Virus record (IMG/VR): IMGVR_UViG_3300044630_003799
Coordinates: 1 to 60,694 of that record
Source of the DNA: a virus
Taxonomy: Duplodnaviria > Caudoviricetes
DNA: 60,694 bases
Strand: one strand, 5' to 3'
Shown here one piece after another: positions 30,294 to 40,509 of the stretch (positions are counted from its first letter, which is position 1; every line of letters begins with the position of its first letter). Below the pieces are notes generated by a model, which was not told the DNA's origin, made no database searches, and saw nothing but the letters and a program-made list of their open reading frames with translations. A program made the translations under genes and the position numbers.

Positions 30294-32129
30294 TTATAAT
30301 TTACTATTTAATAAAATTGAAGCCATAAATGGATCAAGTCCATGCTTAATTGCAATATCATTTACTTCATTTATTCTATCTGTATTTGAATCTATAGGAT
30401 TATTACAGTATTTTTCGACGTTTTGCTCCCAAGATTCTACAGATTCGTTCGCTATAATTATTTTAGAGATTTCTTCGGCAACTTGTTTTTGATTATCATT
30501 TAATTTTTTCTTATTGTGTTTTTTCTTCAAAAAGTTTTCTACAGATCCTTGAAGCTGCTGAAATTTAATGACATTATCTTTAACCTTAATAAAGCTATAA
30601 TTATCTTCTTGAGCTTTAATTTGCTGTTTAATTTTTGTTGTTCCTGCTGGTCTTCCTGCTTCTGGACCAGATTTAGCTCCGCCAATAATTGGAGTGTAAA
30701 GCCCTTCGTCTCTTAAATCTTTTGTCATTCTTTGAGACTCTAGAGAAGTTTCTTGATCTGGAAGAACGCCAGTTTCGATAGCCTTGAGAGTTTCTTCTGG
30801 AGTAAGAACACCAAGCTCCAAAAGTCTTGTATAAACACGATTTTGAGTTGTGTTATCTTTCAAATTAACTTCTTCGAAATAAGGAATTGGATAACCTCTA
30901 AATCCAAGAGCTTTAGATATTCTCTTTATTTCAGGAATTAAAAAGTCATTCAAGAAAGCTTGACGACCTTGATTTAATCGCGCCAAAAATACATCGATTT
31001 TAGCTTCTTGATTAGAGAATTTTTCACCTCCGACAAGAATATTATTGAGGCCAAGATTAATGTCATTATTGACTGTTTCATATTTTTTAGGATCTAATAA
31101 ATCAGCGATTTTAGGAACTACGAATTCAGCTTTAGTAGTATAATCAGCAATAAGAACGCGACCTACAGATTCATTTTCAAATAGCTTTTGCATCGACTCA
31201 AGATTCTTTTGGTTGATACCGCCTTTTTCTGGTTCAGCACCCATTGTCACAAGCAGAATGGCTTGTTGCATTGTGCGAGCAATAGCCATATCCATCTTCT
31301 TTAATTCAGCCTTGAAATTAATATCTTCAAGAACTGGATATCCCATTGGAACAGCAAAAGGTTCGTAATCTTGCTTTTTATAAAATACAGATTTAAATCT
31401 TTCTGGATTAAGAGTAATTCTTAAAGAACCAATCTTGGAAGTCTTAATAAGATGCTGCGTATCAGCATCGAAACTATCAAAAATTTGTTTATCTTCTTCA
31501 GTAGTAATAACTCTTAATCTGCTCAACTCATATTCGCTTAGAACTTTATAATATTTACCAGTTAAATATGAAGTTCCGCTAGAGAATTGAATATCTACAG
31601 GATTAATAATAACATAACGAACTGGGATCTTAACGCTAGAAAGACTTAATGGCCCTCTTCCTAACAATTGGACTAATCTATTTGTATCTTCTTCTTGAAT
31701 AACTCCTTCAAAACGATATATAAATACATTTCCAGAACGGTAATATTCTCTAAAAAATCTATCTTGGAAGCTCCAAAGATTAATTTTTTTAAATAAAGCA
31801 TCAAAGAAATCTCTAGACTTTTTTGTTCCTCCTTGAAAATATAAATTGCTGACAGAAAATTCTGTCATTAAATCAATAACGTTTCTGAATTGAGCGAAAT
31901 TATAATAAGCTTTTTGACACAAGATTGTGGCGTCTTTTATGTCAATTGTACTTCTATCAGCAAAATTAGTGCGAGTATATTTAAATGGCATTAAGCCATC
32001 ATCAATATTCTTAAACTTGTCTGTTCTTTCTATAGATCCAGCCTTGTTTCTTCTTGTGCTTGTCACTGAAGAAGAAGCTGTCGAAACCATTAAAGGCTCT
32101 GTTTCTTGAGATTTAAGTTTTGATTTCAT
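30294..32129 (-). CDS. portal protein (probable)
   Basis: 611 aa, located between terminase and protease; REYYRSGNVFIY motif resembles portals. Confidence 0.6.
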   Translation of the reverse strand: MKSKLKSQETEPLMVSTASSSVTSTRRNKAGSIERTDKFKNIDDGLMPFKYTRTNFADRSTIDIKDATILCQKAYYNFAQFRNVIDLMTEFSVSNLYFQGGTKKSRDFFDALFKKINLWSFQDRFFREYYRSGNVFIYRFEGVIQEEDTNRLVQLLGRGPLSLSSVKIPVRYVIINPVDIQFSSGTSYLTGKYYKVLSEYELSRLRVITTEEDKQIFDSFDADTQHLIKTSKIGSLRITLNPERFKSVFYKKQDYEPFAVPMGYPVLEDINFKAELKKMDMAIARTMQQAILLVTMGAEPEKGGINQKNLESMQKLFENESVGRVLIADYTTKAEFVVPKIADLLDPKKYETVNNDINLGLNNILVGGEKFSNQEAKIDVFLARLNQGRQAFLNDFLIPEIKRISKALGFRGYPIPYFEEVNLKDNTTQNRVYTRLLELGVLTPEETLKAIETGVLPDQETSLESQRMTKDLRDEGLYTPIIGGAKSGPEAGRPAGTTKIKQQIKAQEDNYSFIKVKDNVIKFQQLQGSVENFLKKKHNKKKLNDNQKQVAEEISKIIIANESVESWEQNVEKYCNNPIDSNTDRINEVNDIAIKHGLDPFMASILLNSKL

Positions 32130-32130
32130 T

Positions 32131-33294
32131 TTAAGCTATCCACTTTCTTATCGCCAATACATGATAAGTTACACCGTTTATAGTTAATTGTTGGACATAT
32201 AGTTGACCAGTAGGAACATTCGTAGAAGTTGGAATAGATCCATCAGCTTGAGTATATATTCCTGTTTCGACGCTAAATTTCGCGCCACTCTTGATGACAA
32301 AATTAGAATCTTTATATAAAGTCTCTTTTGAGCCGCTCTTTATTTCTAGAAATGAACCACTATTTAAATTAATATATGATTCATTATAATCTGAAACGCC
32401 ACTTAATTGAGCTGCGTCAGAATCTGATAATTGAAGAGAATTTCCTCTAAGTATTAAATCATTTCCAGCTCCAGATACATAAATATCATTATAAAAAAAT
32501 GATTGACCACTATTAGTTAACGTAGCTGAACTTGGAAGTTTTAAAGAAGAAGTTACTTGAAGTGATTCTCCAGTTGTATTTCCTAGCAAAGAGACATCTC
32601 CTGAGAAAGTTGTTTTTGTAGCGAACGCTTGACCAGTTCCGCTAAATATTATATTACCGCTATTAAATGATACTCCACTATTAAAGTTTGTTATTCCTGA
32701 AAAATAATTTGTTCCTGCGTAATAATTACTTCCAGAGAAATTAGCATTTCCAGAAAAAATATTATTTCCAATTAAATATGTATTTGTGGTTCCACCTGCG
32801 CTTGTCCCAAGGCGAACATCGCCTAAAGATTGGAAATTTCCACTAAAAACAGTATTAACAACTCCAACGCTTAATGTATCAGTTATCACTATTGGATCAT
32901 TAAATGTAGATGTAGAATTAAATGTAGCGGCAGCATCAAATCTAGAAGCTCCAGAAAATCCAGCAGCACCAGATACAGTGAATGTATCTTCCATTATAAC
33001 TGGATTATCAAAAGAAGCATCTCCATCAAATCTAGCATTTCCAGTTACATTTAAAGTTCCTAAACCTGTAATGTTTCCTGACACTAACAATCCAGAAGCA
33101 ATTTGAAAATCTTCTCTAGCGTAAGAAGTATCTTTTAAATCAGCAGCGCCGCTTACTGTAAGAGAGCTATTAAAGACAGAAGGCTTGGAAGTATAAACTG
33201 TTGCGCCAGTGCTTGCTACACCTAAAGCTCCAGTAATATAACTACCAATTTCGCCAGACTTAATCTGCTTTAAACCTATAAGACTTTGCGGCAT
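32131..33294 (-). CDS. beta-repeat fibre-like protein, paralogue of 22961..24424
   Basis: identical N-terminal MPQSLIGLKQIKSGEIGSY; shared GxNYFSG..NFNSGV.FNSG..IFSG block. Confidence 0.6.
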   Translation of the reverse strand: MPQSLIGLKQIKSGEIGSYITGALGVASTGATVYTSKPSVFNSSLTVSGAADLKDTSYAREDFQIASGLLVSGNITGLGTLNVTGNARFDGDASFDNPVIMEDTFTVSGAAGFSGASRFDAAATFNSTSTFNDPIVITDTLSVGVVNTVFSGNFQSLGDVRLGTSAGGTTNTYLIGNNIFSGNANFSGSNYYAGTNYFSGITNFNSGVSFNSGNIIFSGTGQAFATKTTFSGDVSLLGNTTGESLQVTSSLKLPSSATLTNSGQSFFYNDIYVSGAGNDLILRGNSLQLSDSDAAQLSGVSDYNESYINLNSGSFLEIKSGSKETLYKDSNFVIKSGAKFSVETGIYTQADGSIPTSTNVPTGQLYVQQLTINGVTYHVLAIRKWIA

Positions 33295-33313
33295 TTTTAT
33301 TAATTACACCTTT

Positions 33314-35140
33314 TTATATCATTCTTGGCGAAAAAGTAGATACTTCTTTTACTTTTGAAGAAGCTTCTAACTCAAAATAGAACTTTGTCGCCCAATTTGC
33401 TAACATTAATGTAGTATAATTATCTTTTCTAGCTCTATTAGGAGACATATCTCTTTTTAAATGTTGAGGTAGATCAAAGGATTGAGATCCTTTGGCAGAA
33501 GATTTTACTTCTATTAACGCGCATTGCTTTTTCGTCTGATATATAATATTATCTTGGAATTCAATGAAATCTAAAATAGATTCATGACCGACATTATCTA
33601 AATTAACATGACAAGAACTTTGTATATCAAAAGCTTCATTATTAGCAGAAGTTCTAGATGCAAACCAAACTTTTTTATGGTCAATACAAGCTTGTAAATA
33701 GTTATTTGCTTTACGAATGAAATCAGTAGTGAAATTTTGTTTAAAACAAATCGCGCCTTTTTCTACGTTATATTCTCTCGCAGCTTTGCGCGTCATGTTT
33801 ATATATTCATTTCCTTCAAGAGATGTATCAGCTTCAAAGAATCCTAAATTAATATTAGACTTCTTGAATAATTCACTTTCTCTTGCGCTATCAATAAACT
33901 GATAACCAGCATTATCAATGCATATCATGACTATATTAAAACTAGTCATCAAATAATGAAGATAAGTTATATGAGCTTTTAAATTACCACCAGCAACAGC
34001 GTAACCATGAACGAGAGTTCCTTGTTTACGCTCTTCATCTAATTCAAAAACAGACATAGCAAAATAGTCAGAACTTGGACTATTAGAAAAGCTTGGATCA
34101 ATTCCTAGAATATATTTAGTATTAGATTTTCCTTTGATTAATGTATATGGAGCTTCTCCATCAGGAATAGTGCATTCATGCATCTTTTTTGCGCTAAAAT
34201 ATCCATCACTACCATCAGTAAATTGAGCGCAATATTCTCGCAAAAATGAACTGTGAGAAGTGCCGCCATTTTGAGCTTCTTCAATGACGGTATTATCAAT
34301 CATGTGAGTTGGCAAAGCTTCATAACTCATTTGAGCTATAAAATAAGTAGCATCGCCTTTTTCATTTGAATAAATCTTATCGTTCCACTCTTTATAAGTT
34401 TTATATAAGTTCTCGAAAGTAAAAGACGCAGAAGATAAAGCGATCATCTTAGAAGTATTTGGAAAGACCATTCTTTCCGCTTCAGTCATATGACCATCTT
34501 TAATTAATTTATCCTCAATTTCTCTAATTTCCATACGCTCTTTCATGTTCTGAGGAGCGACAAGGAATGGCATCAATACAGTTTTAATAATATCTTCAGG
34601 TAATAGAAGATACTCGTCTAGTAATAGAATATTGGCGCGAAAACCACGAATCTTTTCTCCGTTGAGAGGTATGGCTGTAATGGAACCTCCATTAATTTGC
34701 CATTCATATTGATCGTTTCGTTTGGCTTTCACGCCGAAAGCTTGTTGAAGAAGTTCGCCGCCTTTTGAATCGACAATCTTCTCTAAATAGTTAAAAATAA
34801 AACGCGCAGTTCTAAATGTAGGGCCAGCAATTAGAATTTTTGTATTTGGTTCAAATACGCATTGCAAAAAGCAGAACACGCCACCAAGGAATGTTTTACC
34901 GCAACCACGGCCAAGAACATTCATGCAGAAATTACGGTTCATCATTCCTTTGAGAATCATCTCTTGGAATGGTGCGAGTTTTATTCCTGAAAGTAATTCA
35001 GTAGTAAATCCTACATTGTTTCTTAGAAACTTGGCGAGAGTAATACGAGCTTCTTTATCATCAAGTTCTCCTTTAAGAAGCTTATACTCTTCATTTAAAT
35101 CAGGAAAATCTGATTTATATTTGTCTGGACAGTAAATCAT
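33314..35140 (-). CDS. terL: terminase large subunit
   Basis: Walker A GRGCGKT, Walker B LLLDE, LSSA coupling motif, FLREYCAQF, nuclease ILGIDP and KDNY motifs. Confidence 0.85.
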   Translation of the reverse strand: MIYCPDKYKSDFPDLNEEYKLLKGELDDKEARITLAKFLRNNVGFTTELLSGIKLAPFQEMILKGMMNRNFCMNVLGRGCGKTFLGGVFCFLQCVFEPNTKILIAGPTFRTARFIFNYLEKIVDSKGGELLQQAFGVKAKRNDQYEWQINGGSITAIPLNGEKIRGFRANILLLDEYLLLPEDIIKTVLMPFLVAPQNMKERMEIREIEDKLIKDGHMTEAERMVFPNTSKMIALSSASFTFENLYKTYKEWNDKIYSNEKGDATYFIAQMSYEALPTHMIDNTVIEEAQNGGTSHSSFLREYCAQFTDGSDGYFSAKKMHECTIPDGEAPYTLIKGKSNTKYILGIDPSFSNSPSSDYFAMSVFELDEERKQGTLVHGYAVAGGNLKAHITYLHYLMTSFNIVMICIDNAGYQFIDSARESELFKKSNINLGFFEADTSLEGNEYINMTRKAAREYNVEKGAICFKQNFTTDFIRKANNYLQACIDHKKVWFASRTSANNEAFDIQSSCHVNLDNVGHESILDFIEFQDNIIYQTKKQCALIEVKSSAKGSQSFDLPQHLKRDMSPNRARKDNYTTLMLANWATKFYFELEASSKVKEVSTFSPRMI

Positions 35141-36066
35141 AACTTCTGTATATCATATAATAGCTGAAGATCGTAATTTAATGATATATCTTTATTGATA
35201 AATATCTTTTCTATCACTCTTACGCATTCTTCTCTTCCATCTACAAATAAAAACTGCACGTTCTTATATGTAGTCATTAATGTTCTGACTTTATGAAATA
35301 TAAAATCAGGATTGACTTTTGTATTTCTAGCTATATATGGAAGATAATTAAATCTCAGACACGTTGCTAAATCATTCTCAACTACCACAACAATAGAACT
35401 ATTATTCTCGGCGGCTCTTTCTATCTCCCGGCAAAATCTATCGTACCCTGCGGCTAAAGTTCCAATAAAATCCTTAAGCGACTTTCTTTCGATAAATGTA
35501 TTTCCAGAAACTTCTAAATTTTCAAAACAATAATCTCCAAAGTCTAATTTCTTTACTTGAGTTAACCTAGAAAACTCCAAAGGCTTTTGCTCTCTTGTAT
35601 CTACATATATACAATAATCATCAACTATAGAATCAATTAAAATCAGATCTTTTGGATTTAAAAACTTCTTTTCAAAGCCGTTATTGTCACAGTAATCATA
35701 ATAATCGCCAATAACAGTTTCTAAAAAGTTGATACTAGGAATTCCAGAAGACTTTAATTCTACTTGAGAGAATGGATATATAGACTTTTTCTTTTCTTGA
35801 CGTTTTTGCAACAAGCCTTTGCAGTAATCTCCAACTATTTTAGGGTCAGAAGACTTCGCCCATTTCTTAAAGTTTATTTTTGAATTAAAATCAGACTCGA
35901 AATACTGATCTTTATTCTTAAATTCAATAAGTTCACCAGTCAGCAAATCCTTACGAGGATAATAATGCTGATAATAATCTGATACTGAAATTTTATGAGA
36001 TTTTAAATGAGCATGTAAACTTTTATCATTATCAAAATCTTTATTACAGAACTTACAATTAACCAT
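35137..36066 (-). CDS. C2H2 zinc finger plus ERCC4/XPF-type nuclease
   Basis: CKFC..H...H at the N-terminus; VDTREQ, GDY and IERKS..DF motifs. Confidence 0.75.
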   Translation of the reverse strand: MVNCKFCNKDFDNDKSLHAHLKSHKISVSDYYQHYYPRKDLLTGELIEFKNKDQYFESDFNSKINFKKWAKSSDPKIVGDYCKGLLQKRQEKKKSIYPFSQVELKSSGIPSINFLETVIGDYYDYCDNNGFEKKFLNPKDLILIDSIVDDYCIYVDTREQKPLEFSRLTQVKKLDFGDYCFENLEVSGNTFIERKSLKDFIGTLAAGYDRFCREIERAAENNSSIVVVVENDLATCLRFNYLPYIARNTKVNPDFIFHKVRTLMTTYKNVQFLFVDGREECVRVIEKIFINKDISLNYDLQLLYDIQKL

Positions 36067-37138
36067 TCAATATCTCCTGTTTAGAAATACCTAATATGCG
36101 GCATTTTAATTCATCCATGCCTTCTAGCTTCGTAATTTCTTCGTCCAGCGTTCTCTTTCTCATTTCAGCGAGTTTGAGCATCTTCATTCTTGATTCTTCT
36201 TCTTTCCAAGCTTGAATAAGATTAACAATACTAGCGTTTTGCTTTATCTGACTGCCTAATCTATCGGCGCGTTTAGTTTTTAGGTCATTAACAAGCTTCT
36301 GTTGACGACTAACGCATTGATTATATTCTTGCTGCGCTGTATTTATAGACTCAACAAGACCCATGGAAATTCTAGCGTCATTATCTGCGGCTCCTTCCAA
36401 TAATCTCTGCAACTTTTCTACTCTTCTCTGAATACTAGAAGCAATAACAACTTCTGAAGACAATATAATATATTGATCTACTTCTTCTTCTGTAAGATCA
36501 TTCTTGTCGTATGTATAACGAACGAAAGAGCTTTCAAAAAGATCTCTATCAACATTACTGTCATAAGAATTAATTTGATGCACGAATCTATAAGTATTGA
36601 TATACTTTAATAGACATTCTAGATCTTTCTTGTGTCTAGAGTTTAGAGTTTCGCGCTTTAAATTCAAGTCATATACATATCTATTGACTTTATTAATCGC
36701 TTTATCTAAAGAACGAGGAGAAACATAATCTTCTTGAGCTATTTCTTCTTGCTCTTTATAAATCTCTTCAGGAAGAATGTTTTCAGAAATAAATTTGGCG
36801 ACAATTCTAGTTTCATTGTTCAAATTAGACAATGTAGGATTGTCAAATATGATTCGCGTTATTTCTAACGCCTTCATTGTTTTGGCGTTATTTAAAATGA
36901 ACTGTTTATTTTCGTCAGTTAAATCTGGCGCTTTTTTTGATTTATATTCATGAGTACCTCTAGCTTTTAAACTTCTTTTTGCTAGAAATGCTTGAACATA
37001 TTTACCTTCTTTACAACGACCATCTAAATCTGGCTGATTTGGGTACGCTAATCTTATTAACTCTATCAGTGAAGGAGGATCATCAGGACGATTATTCCAT
37101 TCATTAACGATAATATTCTGTTGCTCTTCAGTTAACAT
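36059..37138 (-). CDS. hypothetical helical protein, possibly terminase small subunit
   Basis: position upstream of the nuclease and terL genes; coiled-coil C-terminus; function inferred from position only. Confidence 0.35.
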   Translation of the reverse strand: MLTEEQQNIIVNEWNNRPDDPPSLIELIRLAYPNQPDLDGRCKEGKYVQAFLAKRSLKARGTHEYKSKKAPDLTDENKQFILNNAKTMKALEITRIIFDNPTLSNLNNETRIVAKFISENILPEEIYKEQEEIAQEDYVSPRSLDKAINKVNRYVYDLNLKRETLNSRHKKDLECLLKYINTYRFVHQINSYDSNVDRDLFESSFVRYTYDKNDLTEEEVDQYIILSSEVVIASSIQRRVEKLQRLLEGAADNDARISMGLVESINTAQQEYNQCVSRQQKLVNDLKTKRADRLGSQIKQNASIVNLIQAWKEEESRMKMLKLAEMRKRTLDEEITKLEGMDELKCRILGISKQEILNG

Positions 37139-37139
37139 A

Positions 37140-37829
37140 TTAATAAACGTCTATTCCGCCATTATGGATATTTACCTTTATCTTCTTGATAATAGCTTTT
37201 TGCATGTTCTTTATCTGCTTATATCCAGGATTTCTATTTTCTTCTGTACTCTTATATCCCATCTTTTTAGCCGCTTGCTTTTCTGTCATTTTCTTTATAT
37301 ACAACATTTCATATAGTTTCCATTCTAACGGCTTCAAAAACTTCTTCATCTTCTCGTCTAGATCTAATTTAAACTTATCTATATCAATAGAATCTTGATA
37401 ACTTGTATCGACGCAATTTTCTAAAGACTCAAAAGAGACTGGCATATTTAAATTATATGCATGCTTCTTATTTTTCTCCCATTCTTTGTATAATGGGCAA
37501 TTTGAACATTGTTTTCCGAACTTTTTGCACCCTTCATCTGGTTCAGCTTCTGGACATTGGGCGCAAGGTTTAATAAAATTCAGATAATTATTGCGGATTA
37601 AATTCTTTATCTGATTTGATATGATTCTATTTACCCAAGGAGCCAATGGCTTTTTTGGATTATAAAGATGCCACTTTTTATATATATGAATACGAATGAT
37701 CTGAGAAACGTCATCAAAATCTATCCAAGTTAAACTGGATAGATTCCATTTATTCCTTCTTTTACTTATTTCGTTGTCGATTATGCTTATCGACTCTTCG
37801 AAAGAAGGTGATGACTTTTTCTTTTTCAT
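37140..37829 (-). CDS. phage sigma-70-family sigma factor (probably late) with a Cys-rich insertion
   Basis: region-2-like DFDDVSQ...WVNRIISNQIKNLIR; region-4-like HTH TEKQAAKKMGY; CAQC..C..CSNC insert. Confidence 0.65.
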   Translation of the reverse strand: MKKKKSSPSFEESISIIDNEISKRRNKWNLSSLTWIDFDDVSQIIRIHIYKKWHLYNPKKPLAPWVNRIISNQIKNLIRNNYLNFIKPCAQCPEAEPDEGCKKFGKQCSNCPLYKEWEKNKKHAYNLNMPVSFESLENCVDTSYQDSIDIDKFKLDLDEKMKKFLKPLEWKLYEMLYIKKMTEKQAAKKMGYKSTEENRNPGYKQIKNMQKAIIKKIKVNIHNGGIDVY

Positions 37830-38227
37830 TATTGATTTTTAATCGACCCTGCTTCTCTTCTGAAGTCATCCATAGAATATCCGCCGCCTTCATTACTTCT
37901 TTGAAATACTTCGCCGCCTGTTGAAGATCCAATTACATTCTCAATTTTTACTTTTTGCCCATGATCTTTTTCAATTTCTACGTCTAACTTAGAAGCACTA
38001 AATGCCAAATCTGTGTCAATTGGTGCGCCATCATCATCTTCATCCATATCATCTTCTACAACTGGAGCGCGATATTGTGGGCGCGTAGTCTTTGGAGATG
38101 GTTTTGTTGGGGCGACAACAGAAGCCGCCGCAGATTTTGTCCCAAAAGGATTTCCGCAATTAAAGCAGAAATTGGGCTTATTAGCTGATTCGTGTGGCGA
38201 CCCACATTTTTGGCAGTATATCTTCAT
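37829..38227 (-). CDS. zinc-ribbon protein
   Basis: CQKCG...FCFNCG followed by an acidic tail. Confidence 0.6.
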   Translation of the reverse strand: MKIYCQKCGSPHESANKPNFCFNCGNPFGTKSAAASVVAPTKPSPKTTRPQYRAPVVEDDMDEDDDGAPIDTDLAFSASKLDVEIEKDHGQKVKIENVIGSSTGGEVFQRSNEGGGYSMDDFRREAGSIKNQ

Positions 38228-38244
38228 GATATATTATATTACAT

Positions 38245-38964
38245 TTATTTCGAAGATTTTAGTTTATTAACGATAAACTTCACTATTTTTGATCGAACAA
38301 TGTCTTCTTCATCAAATGTGAATGTATATATTCCCATAGCTTTACTATCTTCATCAGAGAATAAATTAAATAATTCTTCAAAGCCGCCAGCTTTATTAGA
38401 TGGCAAATCTGTTTGCATAGGATCAGCAAGAACGAAACAGCGGCTAAATTCACCTAGACGAGTAAGAACTGTGACTATTTCTTTTTTTGTGCTGTTTTGA
38501 CATTCGTCGAGGATAATAGACTTTGCCGCCCAACTCATACCGCGAGAATAATTTATTGGATACATTGAAATGCGCTCTTCTTTTTCCAACTTGTCAACTT
38601 CGGCGCGGGGTAATAGTTCATCCAACTTCTCTAGAAACGGCAGATTGTAGAACTGAAGTTTTTCACTTGCATCTCCCGGCAAGAAACCAATCTTACTATC
38701 ACTACTTTCTACAGCAGAACGAATATATATAATATCAGAGACTTTTTTCTCATTTAGTAACAATAATGAAACATAAGTAGCAATAATGCTCTTTGAAGTA
38801 CCAGCGGGACCATTAACAAATATAATGCGAGTATCTTTATTTGTAGCTAAATCTATAAATGCTTTTTGTTTATCAGTCCATTTTAAAGCTCTAACACTTA
38901 AAGAGTCCTTGATTTTTTCTCTTTGAGATACTTTTGGAGACTCGTCTTTTTTCTTTTGTTTCAT
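38245..38964 (-). CDS. phoH: PhoH-family ATPase
   Basis: GPAGTSKS (variant Walker A), IGFLPGD, RGMS, ILDECQN, LTRLG, QTDL and DIVRS motifs. Confidence 0.9.
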   Translation of the reverse strand: MKQKKKDESPKVSQREKIKDSLSVRALKWTDKQKAFIDLATNKDTRIIFVNGPAGTSKSIIATYVSLLLLNEKKVSDIIYIRSAVESSDSKIGFLPGDASEKLQFYNLPFLEKLDELLPRAEVDKLEKEERISMYPINYSRGMSWAAKSIILDECQNSTKKEIVTVLTRLGEFSRCFVLADPMQTDLPSNKAGGFEELFNLFSDEDSKAMGIYTFTFDEEDIVRSKIVKFIVNKLKSSK

Positions 38965-39046
38965 CTTATGTTATTGTAGTATTATAACGAATAAATAGAT
39001 ATATATTAAAATTACTATATGTAATAGGCGATTTCTCAGAAAATAC

Positions 39047-39282
39047 TACCCCGTATTTTTCACCCATCAAAGAATATAGAAAATACCACTTTCTTTATTT
39101 TTTCAAAAATAGGGGGGTATATACATATATTTAATTATAAACATAGATACAAGAGTAATTATTTTATTCAGAGAGAATATAGTATATACAAAAGAGATTA
39201 TTGAAGATGGGGAGAATGAAGTTAATCCCCTCCCCCCTGTTACTCAAAAGTCAAGTCTAAAATTTTTTGGAAAATGGGGGGG
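39047..39282. repeat. C-run/G-run inverted repeats at the boundary between late and early regions
   Basis: TACCCCGTATTTTT (39047) / AAAAATAGGGGGGTA (39105); CCCCTCCCCCC (39227) ... GAAAATGGGGGGG (39270). Confidence 0.5.
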
Positions 39283-39283
39283 T

Positions 39284-39320
39284 TGGCATAGGGCTTGCTA
39301 TAGTAGCAAGATGTATGCCA
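39284..39320. promoter_or_regulatory. head-to-head pair of sigma54-type -24/-12 boxes
   Basis: TGGCATAGGGCTTGCT (+, 39284) and TGGCATACATCTTGCT (-, 39305-39320). Confidence 0.7.
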
Positions 39321-39339
39321 AGTGGCGTTTTTTGACCAC

Positions 39340-39364
39340 AAAAAAAACCTCCCTTTCGGGAGGT
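39340..39364 (-). terminator. intrinsic terminator
   Basis: ACCTCCC-4nt-GGGAGGT hairpin plus T-run on the minus strand. Confidence 0.8.
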
Positions 39365-39386
39365 CTGGTCTTGACTTTCTAGTGTC

Positions 39387-39824
39387 TCAATCTGCGACGT
39401 TGACGACGTTTTCCATCTTGAAAAGTAGAAACTCGGGGTTGTCCTTTTCTGGAGTATAGGAACGAATCGTTTCTAGTTCCTTTGGCGTGGCTTCGCGGCC
39501 ATCGACAAGGTATCTGGTCGTTAACTTCGCGGAGCTAGGCAATGCGGCAATGTAAAGCTCACCTGTCACCTTGTGGCGAACAACGCCATCCTTAACCCAT
39601 TCCCACCACGTTGGCTTTCCGACAGGCTCCCGGCCTTCCTTTTCCAATCGGCGACCGTAAGAACCAATTCCTGCGACATTGGCGATGATTCGATGGTCCC
39701 TTGTGACTCGCCCCGTCAAAGGGTTGACAGGAATGCCAGAACGCCCCCCCTTGTTCATCTTATGCTCCCCCTGAAGGAGAACCGTTGCAATGTGTCCCGC
39801 TTTGATAGTGTCGATGTCGATCAT
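39387..39824 (-). CDS. hypothetical phage protein (likely start MIDIDTIK)
   Basis: GC-richer coding; TTGCAA-17-GACTCT promoter upstream; own terminator. Confidence 0.6.
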   Translation of the reverse strand: MIDIDTIKAGHIATVLLQGEHKMNKGGRSGIPVNPLTGRVTRDHRIIANVAGIGSYGRRLEKEGREPVGKPTWWEWVKDGVVRHKVTGELYIAALPSSAKLTTRYLVDGREATPKELETIRSYTPEKDNPEFLLFKMENVVNVAD

Positions 39825-40040
39825 GTTTTCTAGTGTTACGTTGTTTGCATTAACAACGTGGAAAGAGTCGCATGGGGCGAAAGAGTTTGCAACGGGTTTT
39901 TTCACTTTTCTTTTGGTAATCAATGTCCAGGCCATTAGGTAATCAAAAATACTTGGAAAAAACTATTCAAAACATCTTGACGCTCCGCCCCGTTTGCTTC
40001 ATGCTATGCATGCAAGATAAGCAATAAACAAGACAATAAC

Positions 40041-40271
40041 ATGGAAACTCCAATGGAAAAGCTTTGCAACTCTGAAATCTTCCAATTACAACAAGGTCTC
40101 GTTCTGAGAATCGAAGAATTAGAAACTCGCGTGAAAGAGTTGGAAGATATGAAGATAAATAACAACGAAATGTTAGACGTTCTGAAATATTGGCAAAAGG
40201 ATTTGAAAGAGGCTATAGCACTAAAGGAAAGATTTGACACTTCGTACAACGTAACATTCAAAAGGTATTAA
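40041..40271 (+). CDS. small coiled-coil hypothetical protein
   Basis: downstream of a TTGACG-17-CATGCT promoter. Confidence 0.6.
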   Translation: METPMEKLCNSEIFQLQQGLVLRIEELETRVKELEDMKINNNEMLDVLKYWQKDLKEAIALKERFDTSYNVTFKRY

Positions 40272-40272
40272 T

Positions 40273-40455
40273 ATGAAAGTTGAATTGTCAGGAATAGAAC
40301 TTGCTACTATCCGCTTGTCATTAATGGAAAAGATAGAAAAGGCGGAAGAATGTATCAAAATGTTACAAGATACAAATAATAAAGAATCAGAAAAGTTTTG
40401 GCTAGATATCAAAGAAAGTAATAAAAACTTGCTAGAAAGACTATACAAGATTTAA
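40273..40455 (+). CDS. small hypothetical protein
   Basis: tightly packed after the previous ORF; followed by a hairpin terminator at 40466-40494. Confidence 0.55.
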   Translation: MKVELSGIELATIRLSLMEKIEKAEECIKMLQDTNNKESEKFWLDIKESNKNLLERLYKI

Positions 40456-40509
40456 CACAAGGCCTGGGCTGTAGTAATACAGCCCTCCCTTTTTGTTTAT
40501 AAATAACGC

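Noticed and set aside
528-33106. plus-strand ORFs antisense to virion genes (e.g. 528..887, 1194..1559, 16877..17617, 21407..21799, 32786..33106)
   Set aside because: Shadow ORFs caused by Gly/Thr/Ala codon bias on the coding strand.
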